64,000 nt of DNA from Geopsychrobacteraceae bacterium (lineage in GTDB: Bacteria; Desulfobacterota; Desulfuromonadia; Desulfuromonadales; Geopsychrobacteraceae): assembly GCA_963676795.2 (NCBI GenBank), contig CAXXTB010000001.1, forward strand, positions 160,001-224,000, given 5' to 3'. The notes under the pieces are model-generated. The model was not told the origin of the DNA and did no database searches. It was given only the letters and a program-made list of their open reading frames with translations. Shown here in pieces: positions 1 through 9,554 of this stretch. Numbering within the stretch: position 1 is the stretch's first letter; every line of letters starts with the position of its first letter. Position numbers and translations under genes: made by a program.

Positions 1-2
1 CC

Positions 3-1457
3 CAGGGGCTGCCCCAATTTTCGACCGTCGGTCTGCCTGAAGGCGCGGTCAAGGAGAGCAAGGATCGGGTCAAGTCGGCGATCAAGAATTCCGGCTACAA
101 TTTTCCCAACCGACGCATCACCATCAACTTGGCCCCGGCCGACATTCGCAAGGATGGTGCCGCATTCGATCTGCCGATCGCCATCGGCCTGCTGGCGGCA
201 GGCGGTCTGATCGACCAGGAACGGCTCAAGGATTTCGTCCTGCTCGGTGAACTGTCCCTCGATGGCCGCATCAAGCCGGTCCGCGGCGTCCTGCCGATCG
301 CCGTCAGCGCCCGAGACTGGGGTCCCGGGGCAATGATCCTGCCTGAGGAGAATGCCGAGGAAGGGGCGATCGTCTCAGGTCCGGTCATCTATGCCGTCAA
401 GGATCTGGGCGAAGCGGTCGCCCTGCTCAATGGCGAACGGCTGTTCACCCCCTATCAAGCCACCAGCAGGATGGCAGATGTCACCTCAGCAATTGATGGC
501 GATGATTTTTCCGAGGTACGCGGCCAGGAGCATGTCAAGCGGGCCCTGGAAGTCGCTGCGGCTGGCAGCCACAATATTCTGATGGCAGGGCCGCCTGGCA
601 GCGGCAAGACCATGCTCGCCCGCCGGCTGCCGACCATTCTCCCCGATTTCAGCTTCGAAGAAGCGCTGGAGACGACCAAGATTCACTCGGTCGCCGGACT
701 GCTGTCACAGCACGACGCCCTGGTCCGTCGGCGTCCGTTCCGCTCGCCCCATCACACCATATCGGATGCCGGTCTGATCGGCGGTGGCAGCTATCCGCGC
801 CCGGGGGAAGTGTCGCTGGCCCATAAAGGCATTTTGTTCTTGGACGAATTTCCTGAATTCAAAAAGAACGTCCTCGAAATGCTGCGCCAGCCGCTCGAAG
901 ACGGCCAGGTCAGCATCAGCAGGGCGGCCTTGAGCCTGACCTATCCCGCCGATTTCATGCTGGTTGCATCAATGAATCCCTGCCCCTGCGGCTTTCTCGG
1001 CGACCCGCAACATGACTGCAGCTGCACCCCGACGATGATCCAGCGCTATCGCAGCAAACTCTCCGGTCCGCTGCTTGACCGCATCGACCTGCATGTCGAT
1101 GTGCCCCGCGTTGCCCACCGGGAGCTGACCGACACCCGCCCGGCAGAGAAGAGTGCAACCATCCGCGCACGGGTCAACCAGGCACGCCAGATCCAACACC
1201 TGCGGCTGAAGCCCTTCGGTCTGCAGGCCAACAGCCAGATGCAGGCGCGCCACATCCGCAAGTTCTGCGTTCTCGATCAGGCCGGAGAAACACTGATGGA
1301 ACAGGTGACCGACCGCATGGGGCTGTCGGCACGCAGCTATACCCGGATTCTCAAACTGGCCCGCACCATCGCCGACCTGGCCTGTTCCGAACAGATCGCA
1401 CAACAGCACCTGGCCGAAGCGATCCGCTATCGCGGTCTGGACAGAAAAACCTCATAA
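3..1457 (+). CDS. comM: YifB/ComM family Mg-chelatase-like AAA+ ATPase (5'-truncated by window edge)
   Basis: Frame open from position 3 (QGLPQFSTVGLPEGAVKESKDRVKSAI...ITINLAPAD); Walker A GPPGSGKT, RPFRSPHH, Walker B LFLDEFPEF, NPCPCG, SGPLLDRID. Confidence 0.93.
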   Translation, partial: QGLPQFSTVGLPEGAVKESKDRVKSAIKNSGYNFPNRRITINLAPADIRKDGAAFDLPIAIGLLAAGGLIDQERLKDFVLLGELSLDGRIKPVRGVLPIAVSARDWGPGAMILPEENAEEGAIVSGPVIYAVKDLGEAVALLNGERLFTPYQATSRMADVTSAIDGDDFSEVRGQEHVKRALEVAAAGSHNILMAGPPGSGKTMLARRLPTILPDFSFEEALETTKIHSVAGLLSQHDALVRRRPFRSPHHTISDAGLIGGGSYPRPGEVSLAHKGILFLDEFPEFKKNVLEMLRQPLEDGQVSISRAALSLTYPADFMLVASMNPCPCGFLGDPQHDCSCTPTMIQRYRSKLSGPLLDRIDLHVDVPRVAHRELTDTRPAEKSATIRARVNQARQIQHLRLKPFGLQANSQMQARHIRKFCVLDQAGETLMEQVTDRMGLSARSYTRILKLARTIADLACSEQIAQQHLAEAIRYRGLDRKTS

Positions 1458-1501
1458 GATATTAGAATGGATCGTTTCAGGGGGAGGGGAAAAATCCCGC
1501 T

Positions 1502-3370
1502 TTAGCGCTTACAGAGCAGCACCAGAACGGTCAGGTCATCCGGGGCATCGATGCTGCAGGGGACCAGACCGGTCAGCCGCGACATCATTTCATTGGCGCT
1601 CTTTGCCCCGTCCAGGTGCGCGGAGAGGGTCGTGGTATCGGTCTGACGTTCGGGCAGGGCATCGATCAGCCCGTCACTGTAGAGGATCAGGGCATCCCCC
1701 GGCCTGAAGGTGACCAGCCCCTCTTCAAACTCTTCCGTCTCGCAGACTCCCAGCGGCAGCCCGCGCGGCAGCAGCTCCTCAACCTGGCCGTCCCTGCGAC
1801 GGACAAAGACATGGCCATGGCCGCAGTCAACAAAACGTAGCGAGCGGATCTCGACGTCGAGCTGGGCATAGAACAGGGTGACAAAACTGTCGGCGTTGAA
1901 GAGGTCCTGGCGCAGAGCCTTTTCCGCGTGCTGCAGGGCTGTTCTGGGGCTGTTCTTGCGGGCGACACCGCGCAGCACCGACCGGACCGTGGCCATCAGC
2001 ATCGCCGCCGCGAGCCCCTTGCCCATGACATCGCCGAGGGTGAAGGTGAGAAATTCGGGGCCGGTCTTCTGCCAGTCGTAGAAATCGCCGGCGACGTGTG
2101 ACGCCGGACGGCAGCTGGCGGCAATCTCAAACCCTTTGAGCTTCGGCACCTCGGTCGGCAGCAGCTTCTGCTGCAGCTGCGCCGCGTAGTCGAGCTCGAC
2201 CTGCAGCTTGTAACGCCGCTCTTCACTGTTGCGCAGCGCCTCCTCATCCTGCTTGCGCCGGGTCAGGTCACGGTGAATGCCGAGAAACAGCTTCCCCTTG
2301 CGCAGACGGATCATGCCGAGCACCACCTCTACCGGGAAATCGCTGCCATCCTTGCGCCGGTGCAGCGCTTCAAAGATCACCGATTGACCACGCTGCAGCG
2401 GTTTCCAGTAGCGTCTGACATGCTGATCGTCGCTGAAACCGGGATCGATATCGGCTACGCTCATGGTCAACAGCTCCTCGCGGCCGTAACCGAGCTGATT
2501 GCAGGCGGCCTGATTGACATCGACAAAATGCCCCCCGGCATCCATAAGAAAGATAGAATCGCTGGCCTGATCGACCAGCGCCCGGAACTGCTCCTCGCTC
2601 TCCTGCAACTGCTTACGCTCGGTAATATCCTGGACCCAGAGGATCAGTTCGTTACGCCCCGGCACCGGCGTAGCGAACATGAAGATATTGGCATCCTCAT
2701 CGCGGCCGGTGACAATCGGCAGCTGCCAGGTCATACGGGCCGGATCACCACTGCGGATATCTGCACAAATCAGATCGGTCAGCTGATGACAGAGTTCCTT
2801 CTCCGGAACGGCATGAGCGAGAAAACCGGGCAGATCGGTCAGAAAATCACGTTTCCAGCCGAGGATCTCTTCGATTTTGCGATTGAGATACTGAATGATC
2901 AGGGCATCGAGGGAGAGGACCACCAGTCCGATCGGCAGGTGATCCATGATGATTTCGATAAATTCAGAACGTTCTTCGAGAGCCGCATCCAGTCTGGCCA
3001 GCTCCGCTTCGGATGACGTGATTTTTCCACCGCACGAGTTCTCGTCCTGCAGAGTCAGCACCAGTTTGGTCCGCTCATCGACACTGATCGTTTTGACCAG
3101 CAAGTCAAAATATTGCAGCTCGCCGTCCTTCATCAAGGACCAGGTCAACTGCTGTGGCTCACCATTCAGGGCCTTCCACAGGTAGACCTGCAACAGCTCC
3201 ATCGAGGTATGATCAGCGGAAGGAAGGCTTTCCAGGGTGTGACCGATCAGGTCATCGCGTGACACCCCGAGCATGGCGCAGGCTTTCTGATTGCAGTCCT
3301 CAATGACCCCGTCGAGCAGGATTACCCCGAGATCGAGTATTTCAAGAATATGGCGATGCCCCATAACCAC
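1502..3370 (-). CDS. PAS-domain SpoIIE/PP2C (RsbU-like) Ser/Thr phosphatase
   Basis: Several PAS/PAC segments followed by SpoIIE motifs AGDFYD, GDVMGKG, DCGH, YSDGL, DDLT. Confidence 0.88.
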   Translation of the reverse strand: MVMGHRHILEILDLGVILLDGVIEDCNQKACAMLGVSRDDLIGHTLESLPSADHTSMELLQVYLWKALNGEPQQLTWSLMKDGELQYFDLLVKTISVDERTKLVLTLQDENSCGGKITSSEAELARLDAALEERSEFIEIIMDHLPIGLVVLSLDALIIQYLNRKIEEILGWKRDFLTDLPGFLAHAVPEKELCHQLTDLICADIRSGDPARMTWQLPIVTGRDEDANIFMFATPVPGRNELILWVQDITERKQLQESEEQFRALVDQASDSIFLMDAGGHFVDVNQAACNQLGYGREELLTMSVADIDPGFSDDQHVRRYWKPLQRGQSVIFEALHRRKDGSDFPVEVVLGMIRLRKGKLFLGIHRDLTRRKQDEEALRNSEERRYKLQVELDYAAQLQQKLLPTEVPKLKGFEIAASCRPASHVAGDFYDWQKTGPEFLTFTLGDVMGKGLAAAMLMATVRSVLRGVARKNSPRTALQHAEKALRQDLFNADSFVTLFYAQLDVEIRSLRFVDCGHGHVFVRRRDGQVEELLPRGLPLGVCETEEFEEGLVTFRPGDALILYSDGLIDALPERQTDTTTLSAHLDGAKSANEMMSRLTGLVPCSIDAPDDLTVLVLLCKR

Positions 3371-3496
3371 CTGATATCTGTAACAACCCTTGCAAACGGC
3401 TCATAATGCAGATTCACCGTTGAATCTGACATTATGCTTCAACAATAGCATAAGGCCACCCGAAGACCCAGCTTCAGGTGGCCGCAAACGGTTGCA

Positions 3497-4453
3497 TTAA
3501 CCAAGACAATGGATCTTGGGACTGAAAAAATCACTGCTGACGGCACTGCCGACGTTATTGATACGGGTCTGGGTATTATCCAGATACTCATGCAGCCCCG
3601 ACTCAAAGACATCTTCCAGCGCGGTGTACTGGAACTCTGCCAGCAGACGCCCAAGGGTCTGCTCAGAGGAGTTGAGGAACGACCCCTGGCGGCTGCCGGT
3701 GATATGGTTCAGTGAAGCCATCGCCGTTGCCAGACAGTAGTGGATCGCCCGCGGGAAGTGGCGGTCGAGCAGCAGGAATTCGACGATCTTCTGCGGATCA
3801 ATGCGGCCATGGCGCTTGCGGTACATCTCAAAGGCGCTGGCAGAACGCAGCAGCGCGGTCCAGAGAATATTGTCATAGGAGCTGCCGACATAGTCGACCG
3901 ACGGCAGCAATATGAAATACTTGACGTCGAGGATCCGCGAGGTCTTGTCGGCGCGCTCGAGCATGCGCCCCAAACGGCCGAAGTGCCAGCCTTCACCGTG
4001 ATTCATGGTCGAATCGGTAATGCCGATAAAGGTATGGCTGGCGGTCATGATCTCGACGAAGAACTTATGGGGCAGATCCATGCTCGAGGCCCCGGCAGCA
4101 TCGTTCATCATCAGGTAGAAGCTGTTGAGCTGCTCCCACATCTCCGAACTGATATACTCGCGGATCGACCGGGCATTCTCACGCGCGGCGCGCACGCAGG
4201 AGAAGATCGAGTTCGGATTGTTGCGGTCAAAGGTCAAAAACTCGATCGCCTTCTCGCGGGTCGCCACACCGTAGCGCTCGCGGAACAGCTCGTGGTCCCC
4301 GGTCGTATTGATCAGCGGCTGCCACTGATCGCTGGCGCTGTTGGGAATGTCGAGGGTCATATGATAGTTGGCATCGATGAAGCGGGCGACGTTTTCAGCC
4401 CGTTCGATGTAGCGACCCAGCCAGTAGATCGAATTGGCGACGCGACTTAACAT
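3497..4453 (-). CDS. Alpha-E domain protein (DUF403)
   Basis: [21 protein letters not shown] and [10 protein letters not shown] motifs, FPRAI; start overlaps stop of upstream ATP-grasp gene. Confidence 0.92.
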   Translation of the reverse strand: MLSRVANSIYWLGRYIERAENVARFIDANYHMTLDIPNSASDQWQPLINTTGDHELFRERYGVATREKAIEFLTFDRNNPNSIFSCVRAARENARSIREYISSEMWEQLNSFYLMMNDAAGASSMDLPHKFFVEIMTASHTFIGITDSTMNHGEGWHFGRLGRMLERADKTSRILDVKYFILLPSVDYVGSSYDNILWTALLRSASAFEMYRKRHGRIDPQKIVEFLLLDRHFPRAIHYCLATAMASLNHITGSRQGSFLNSSEQTLGRLLAEFQYTALEDVFESGLHEYLDNTQTRINNVGSAVSSDFFSPKIHCLG

Positions 4454-5940
4454 ATCTCTCCCTCCTGCTTGAAAGCCATCCCGCTGGCGGGAAGATCTGT
4501 ATCGGTATCTTCGAGGACCCAGGTATCCTTGCTGCCGCCCCCCTGCGATGAGTTGACGACCAGCGAACCCTTCTTCAATGCGACACGGGTCAGACCGCCC
4601 GGCATGACATAGATATCCTTGGTTCCGTAGAGAACGTAGGGGCGCAGATCGACGTGGCGCCCTTCGAAATGATCATCGACCATGACCGGTACCCGTGATA
4701 AGGCCAGGGTCGGCTGGGCGATATAGGTGCGTGGCTTGGCCTCAATACGCCGGCGGAACTCGTCACGCTCGGCAGCTGTCGAGTGCGGGCCGACCAGCAT
4801 GCCGTAACCGCCTGACTCGTTGACCGCCTTGACGACCAGCTTGTCGAGATTTTCCAGCACATACTTGCGGTCATGGTCGCGCCAGCAGGCGTAGGTCGGC
4901 ACGTTACGGATGATCGGGTCTTCACCCAGATAGTATTTGATGATCTCCGGGACATAAGCATAAACCGCCTTGTCGTCGGCAACCCCGGTGCCCGGCGCGT
5001 TGGCGAGGGTGACATTCCCCTTGCGGTAGGCGTCCATCAGCCCGGGCACGCCAAGCAGCGAATCGGGACGGAAAGCAGTCGGGTCCATGAAGTCGTCATC
5101 GATCCGCCGGTAGATGACGTCGACCCGCTCCAGCCCCTTGGTCGTCTGCAGCATGACCTCGTTGCGATGAACGATCAGGTCCCCCCCTTCGACCAGCTGG
5201 GCACCCATCTGCTGAGCCAGGAAACTGTGCTCGAAGTAGGCCGAGTTGTAGATCCCCGGCGTCCAGACCGCGACCACCGGTGAACGGACCCCGGCCGGGG
5301 CCGTCTCCTGGAGCATATCGAGCAGCCGGCTCGGATATTCGGTGACCGGCTGAACACGACAGGCATCGAAGACCATCGGCAGGGTGCGTTTCATGATCAT
5401 CCGGTTCTCGAGGACATAGGAGACCCCGGACGGGCAGCGCAGGTTGTCTTCCAGCACGTAATACTCGCCGTCAGCGTGACGGACCAGGTCGGTTCCGGTG
5501 ATATGGCACCAGACCCCGCCCGGCGGCTGCAGCCCGATGCAGGCCTTGCGGTAGCCGTCAGCCGAAAAAACCAGTTCGGCCGGAATCACCCCGTCCTTGA
5601 TGATCTTCTGGTCGTTGTAGACATCGTGGATAAACAGGTTCAGCGCATGGATGCGCTGCTTGAGTCCCAGTTCCATGCGCTGCCACTCCTGCGCCTGGAT
5701 GATGCGCGGAATGATATCGAAGGGGAAAATCTTTTCCGTCTGCGCCTCGTTACTGTAGACATTGAAGGTAATCCCCAGGTTGAGCAGCGCTTTCTCGGCC
5801 GCGATCTGACGATTCTGCAGTTCATGTTCAGGAAGCGTATTGATCCGCTCGATCAGCAGCTCGGCCCCGGGACGGGGTGTACCGTCCGCCTCGAACAGTT
5901 CGTCGTAGAAGCCTTCGGTATCGTAATCTTTAAATTGCAT
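4447..5940 (-). CDS. Circularly permuted type 2 ATP-grasp protein
   Basis: [59 protein letters not shown]; start moved to ATG 5940 behind GGAGG. Confidence 0.92.
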   Translation of the reverse strand: MQFKDYDTEGFYDELFEADGTPRPGAELLIERINTLPEHELQNRQIAAEKALLNLGITFNVYSNEAQTEKIFPFDIIPRIIQAQEWQRMELGLKQRIHALNLFIHDVYNDQKIIKDGVIPAELVFSADGYRKACIGLQPPGGVWCHITGTDLVRHADGEYYVLEDNLRCPSGVSYVLENRMIMKRTLPMVFDACRVQPVTEYPSRLLDMLQETAPAGVRSPVVAVWTPGIYNSAYFEHSFLAQQMGAQLVEGGDLIVHRNEVMLQTTKGLERVDVIYRRIDDDFMDPTAFRPDSLLGVPGLMDAYRKGNVTLANAPGTGVADDKAVYAYVPEIIKYYLGEDPIIRNVPTYACWRDHDRKYVLENLDKLVVKAVNESGGYGMLVGPHSTAAERDEFRRRIEAKPRTYIAQPTLALSRVPVMVDDHFEGRHVDLRPYVLYGTKDIYVMPGGLTRVALKKGSLVVNSSQGGGSKDTWVLEDTDTDLPASGMAFKQEGEIC

Positions 5941-6006
5941 GGATTCCTCCATTAAAACCTCAGGCAGGCCCGAGGACAAAGTACGGCTTAAACCACACCG
6001 CGCCAA

Positions 6007-6885
6007 TTAAGATATTCGGGCAACGTCGACCGAAACCATAACCATATGCTTGCCACCGCCGATGGTAATCCCCTTGAGCGGCGAGACATCGGAAAAGTCA
6101 CGCCCCCAGGCGACCGTGACATGCTGATCACCCGGTTTCACATTATTGGTCGGATCGAAATCGAGCCAGCCGATCTCCGGTGCATAAACCGCAAACCAGG
6201 CATGCGAGGCATCGGCCCCGACCAGCTTTACCTCCCCGGGCGGAGGGATGGTTTCCAGATAACCACTGACATAACGTGCCGCCAGCCCCAGGCTGCGCAG
6301 ACAGGCGATGGCGAAATGAGCAAAATCCTGACAGACTCCTTTTTTTCTTTTGATCACCTGCTCAAGCGGGGTTGACGCCGTTGTCACCCCGGGAGAATAA
6401 CTGAATTCGGTATAGATCCGTCTCATCAGATCGCTCACCGCCTGGGCAAACGGACGCCCGGGCGTGAAGGACTTCAGTCCGTAGGCGACCAGCTCCGGGT
6501 GAGCCGGGAGCAGCGGTGACGGATAGATAAAGGGAAAGATGTCACCGGCCGGCAAACTGCGATCCTTGACCAGCCGCTCGCGCACCTCTTCCCAACTGTA
6601 ACGGTCGGCCTGCTCGTAACGTTCAGGCCGTTCGCGGATCTCCAACTCACTGACGGCCGAGACGATCAATTTTTCATGCGCCTCCTGGATGGCGAAATGG
6701 GTCATCTGGTTGCCGAAGAAATCGGTACGCTCACGCAGATCGGCCGGTTGCGGCTCGACGCTCAGAGTAAAACTCTGACAGTCCTGCAGCGGAGTCTGAC
6801 GCGGGTGGAGGCAGGCCTGATTGCGGCACATCTGGACGCTGTAGCTGTAGCTGTAGCGGGTGGTGTGGGTGACCCGGTATCTCAT
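6007..6885 (-). CDS. Transglutaminase-like protein (bacterial transglutaminase N-terminal plus core domain)
   Basis: HTTRYSY N-terminus; catalytic Cys-His-Asp motifs GVCQDFAH, SHAW, DFDPT; WGRDFSDV. Confidence 0.92.
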   Translation of the reverse strand: MRYRVTHTTRYSYSYSVQMCRNQACLHPRQTPLQDCQSFTLSVEPQPADLRERTDFFGNQMTHFAIQEAHEKLIVSAVSELEIRERPERYEQADRYSWEEVRERLVKDRSLPAGDIFPFIYPSPLLPAHPELVAYGLKSFTPGRPFAQAVSDLMRRIYTEFSYSPGVTTASTPLEQVIKRKKGVCQDFAHFAIACLRSLGLAARYVSGYLETIPPPGEVKLVGADASHAWFAVYAPEIGWLDFDPTNNVKPGDQHVTVAWGRDFSDVSPLKGITIGGGKHMVMVSVDVARIS

Positions 6886-9434
6886 GAGGCCAGCTCCTGA
6901 ATAACCGAACCGAGCTGCCGCGGCGCCTCTGTCGGACTGAAATAAAGTTCGGTCAGCAGGTTGGACAGCACTTCCAGCTGTTCCTGCTGCTGGGCCAGGG
7001 TCCTGTCAAGCAAAGCGTAGCGCCCCTCCTCGGTGACCTCAAGGATCAGCTCCTTGTGATCGATGGCATTCAGTTCCGAAATACAGTGCGAGATCTGTTT
7101 CTCGTCGCTGCGCGGGAAATTCCATGAGCGGTCGTTGGGAATCCCGCGGATATGCAGAGCCAGCTGGCGCAGCTGAAAGGCCAGGGTGCGCGGATAGTTC
7201 TCGTCGAAGAGCAGCAGCTCGAGGATGGTCGAAACCTCCATGAAGGAGCGGTAACGGCGGCGGAACACCAGCAAGCTGTTGCAGGTGCTCAGCACCGCCT
7301 CGAGGATCTGCGCCGAAACGGTCGGCCGCTGACCCGGCACCAGGGTCTCGCGCAGCAGGGCGATCAGATTGAGCGCCCGCTCGACCCGGCGACCGATATT
7401 GAGCATCAGCCAAGCCGTTTCCCGCGACATGTTTTCAAAAGCCTGACCGCTGATCGAGGTCAGCTGGATCACCAGCTGGTTGATCTGCTCGAACATCCTG
7501 CCGCTGCCGATCTGCTGGCGGGAGACCTTGGGATCCCAGTGTTTCTGGACCTGATCGATGACCCGCCAGGTGTCCTCGGGCAGCAGGTCGCGCACCGCAT
7601 AGGCCGCATAGCCCAGGCTGTTGAGGTTGGCGCGCAGACTGCCCGGGCGCTGCGGATCACGGATCAGCGAAAACAGCTCGCTGCGCGGATCGGCCAGTTT
7701 GGCCGCGGCATGTTGGCCGACAAAGCCGGGGTAGGTCTGGGTCACCTGGGTCAGCGCCTGAAGCAGCTGATTCAGGCAGCTCTGATCGTCCGGATCACGG
7801 AATTCGTTGACATCGCGCAGCTTGCCCAGGATGGTGCGCAGCAGGCGCGCCGTCTGTTCGCTGCGCTCGGCATAGCGGCCGGCCCAGAACAGGTTCTCCG
7901 CGGCCCGGCTCGGCAGGGCGCTGGACAGCGGTTTGATCAGCTGATCAGGACGCGCCAGGCGCCACAGGTTGACCTGCTTGTCGATCTCGCGGGTCAGTAC
8001 CCAGGTGTCCTTGATCGCCCCGCCCGGCTGGCTGGGGAACATCAGGTCGGCACTGGAGGAACGGACCCGGGTCATCCCCCCCGGCATCAGCGCATAGCTC
8101 TCTTCATGCTCGGTCATATAGGTACTGACCAGACCGTGGCGGGCACCGAGGGAGTCATTTTCCAGGGCCGGGTAAGAGGCAAACTGGACCACCTGCTGGC
8201 CGACAAACAGATGCGGATTGGCCTGAATCTCCGTTTTCAACCGCGCCTGCTGCTGGTCATCCAGCCCCCCCGGAACCAGATAGTTGAAGCCGGGCAAGGG
8301 GTGAATCGGCCGGATCAGCAGCTTGTCAATATGTTCAAGGACGTACCGGCATTCCTTCTTGTGGCCGCACCACCAGGTCGCAACCGACGGGATCAGCAGT
8401 TCTTCGCTGAAGAACTCCTTGCAGATCGCCGGCAGAAAAGCCATCAGCGCCGGGTTTTCGATCACCTGACTGCCGATCGAATTGGAGACGACCAGATTGC
8501 CGCAACGTACCGCCTCCAGCAGGCCGGGCACCCCGCAGAAAGAATCCCCGCCGAGCTCCAGCGGATCACTCAGTTCATCATCGATCCGGCTCAGGACCAC
8601 ATCGACCTGGCGCAGGCCTTCGACCGTCTTCAGCCACAGACACTGATCGCGCACGGTCAGATCCCCCCCCTGCACCAGCGGATAGCCAAGGTAGGCGGCC
8701 TGATAGGCATGCTCAAAGTAGGCCGGATGTTCAGGTCCCGGAGTGAGCAGGACAATGCGCGGATCCTGCTTGTTGTGACGTGCCATCCGCACCAGGTTGT
8801 TGCGCAGGGCGCGGAAATACATGGCCAGCCGGTGAACCTGAAAATCCTCAAAGATCTGCGGCAGGCTGTGGGTCATGATGATCCGCGTTTCCAGCGCATA
8901 GCCGGAGGCAAACGGCGGCTTGGCGAAATCGTTGACCACCCAGAACTGGCCATCGGAGCCCTTGGCCAGGTCGGCCGAGTAAAGGGTCAGATGCTTGTTG
9001 CGCCCTGCCTCGATGCCGACACAGGGGTAGAAAAATTTCTTGTGGGCGAAAACCAGCTCGGCCGGCAGAAAGCCCTGGCGGATCAGCTTCTGCTCACCGT
9101 AGATATCGGCCAGAATCAGGTTGAACAGTTCGGCACGCTGCAGCAGGCCGCGCTCGATCAGCGCCCACTCCTGTTCGTCGATGATCAACGGCAGCGGATC
9201 ATAGCTCCAGGCCCTCGACACCCGCGGATCACCGAAAACATTGTGGATCGCCCCGTTTTCACGCAGCAGCTGCTGAGCTTCCTTCTTGTGGCGGTTCAGG
9301 CGCCTCTCGCCCAGCCGGTCGATATTGCGGAACAGTCGCCGCCAGTGGGCCGGCAGATCAACGGCCTCTTTATAGACGCCACTGAAATGATTCATGTTCA
9401 GCCCGAGAATATGTTCACCATCTTCTGAGAACAC
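6882..9434 (-). CDS. Circularly permuted ATP-grasp / alpha-E fusion protein
   Basis: N-terminal ATP-grasp (DPLPLII, GLLQRA, FEHAYQAAYLG, MPGGMTRV, KDTWV) plus alpha-E (SRAAENLFWAGRYAERSE, GRRVERA); exact start uncertain. Confidence 0.88.
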   Translation of the reverse strand: MFSEDGEHILGLNMNHFSGVYKEAVDLPAHWRRLFRNIDRLGERRLNRHKKEAQQLLRENGAIHNVFGDPRVSRAWSYDPLPLIIDEQEWALIERGLLQRAELFNLILADIYGEQKLIRQGFLPAELVFAHKKFFYPCVGIEAGRNKHLTLYSADLAKGSDGQFWVVNDFAKPPFASGYALETRIIMTHSLPQIFEDFQVHRLAMYFRALRNNLVRMARHNKQDPRIVLLTPGPEHPAYFEHAYQAAYLGYPLVQGGDLTVRDQCLWLKTVEGLRQVDVVLSRIDDELSDPLELGGDSFCGVPGLLEAVRCGNLVVSNSIGSQVIENPALMAFLPAICKEFFSEELLIPSVATWWCGHKKECRYVLEHIDKLLIRPIHPLPGFNYLVPGGLDDQQQARLKTEIQANPHLFVGQQVVQFASYPALENDSLGARHGLVSTYMTEHEESYALMPGGMTRVRSSSADLMFPSQPGGAIKDTWVLTREIDKQVNLWRLARPDQLIKPLSSALPSRAAENLFWAGRYAERSEQTARLLRTILGKLRDVNEFRDPDDQSCLNQLLQALTQVTQTYPGFVGQHAAAKLADPRSELFSLIRDPQRPGSLRANLNSLGYAAYAVRDLLPEDTWRVIDQVQKHWDPKVSRQQIGSGRMFEQINQLVIQLTSISGQAFENMSRETAWLMLNIGRRVERALNLIALLRETLVPGQRPTVSAQILEAVLSTCNSLLVFRRRYRSFMEVSTILELLLFDENYPRTLAFQLRQLALHIRGIPNDRSWNFPRSDEKQISHCISELNAIDHKELILEVTEEGRYALLDRTLAQQQEQLEVLSNLLTELYFSPTEAPRQLGSVIQELAS

Positions 9435-9494
9435 ATGTGACCTTTCTATTTAGTTTCTGTCCGAGAACGGCCATTTTCCGCCGTATCAATAATA

Positions 9495-9552
9495 CCCCCC
9501 TGCTCGCAAACTCGCTTCCCCCCCATTTTTATAGGGGGGATTGAGGGGGGTG
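9495..9552 (-). repeat. REP-like palindromic intergenic repeat, copy 1
   Basis: Reverse complement of consensus CACCCCCCTCAATCCCCCCTAT-loop-ATAGGGGGGAAGCGAGCTTGCGAGCAGGGG. Confidence 0.85.
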
Positions 9553-9554
9553 GT

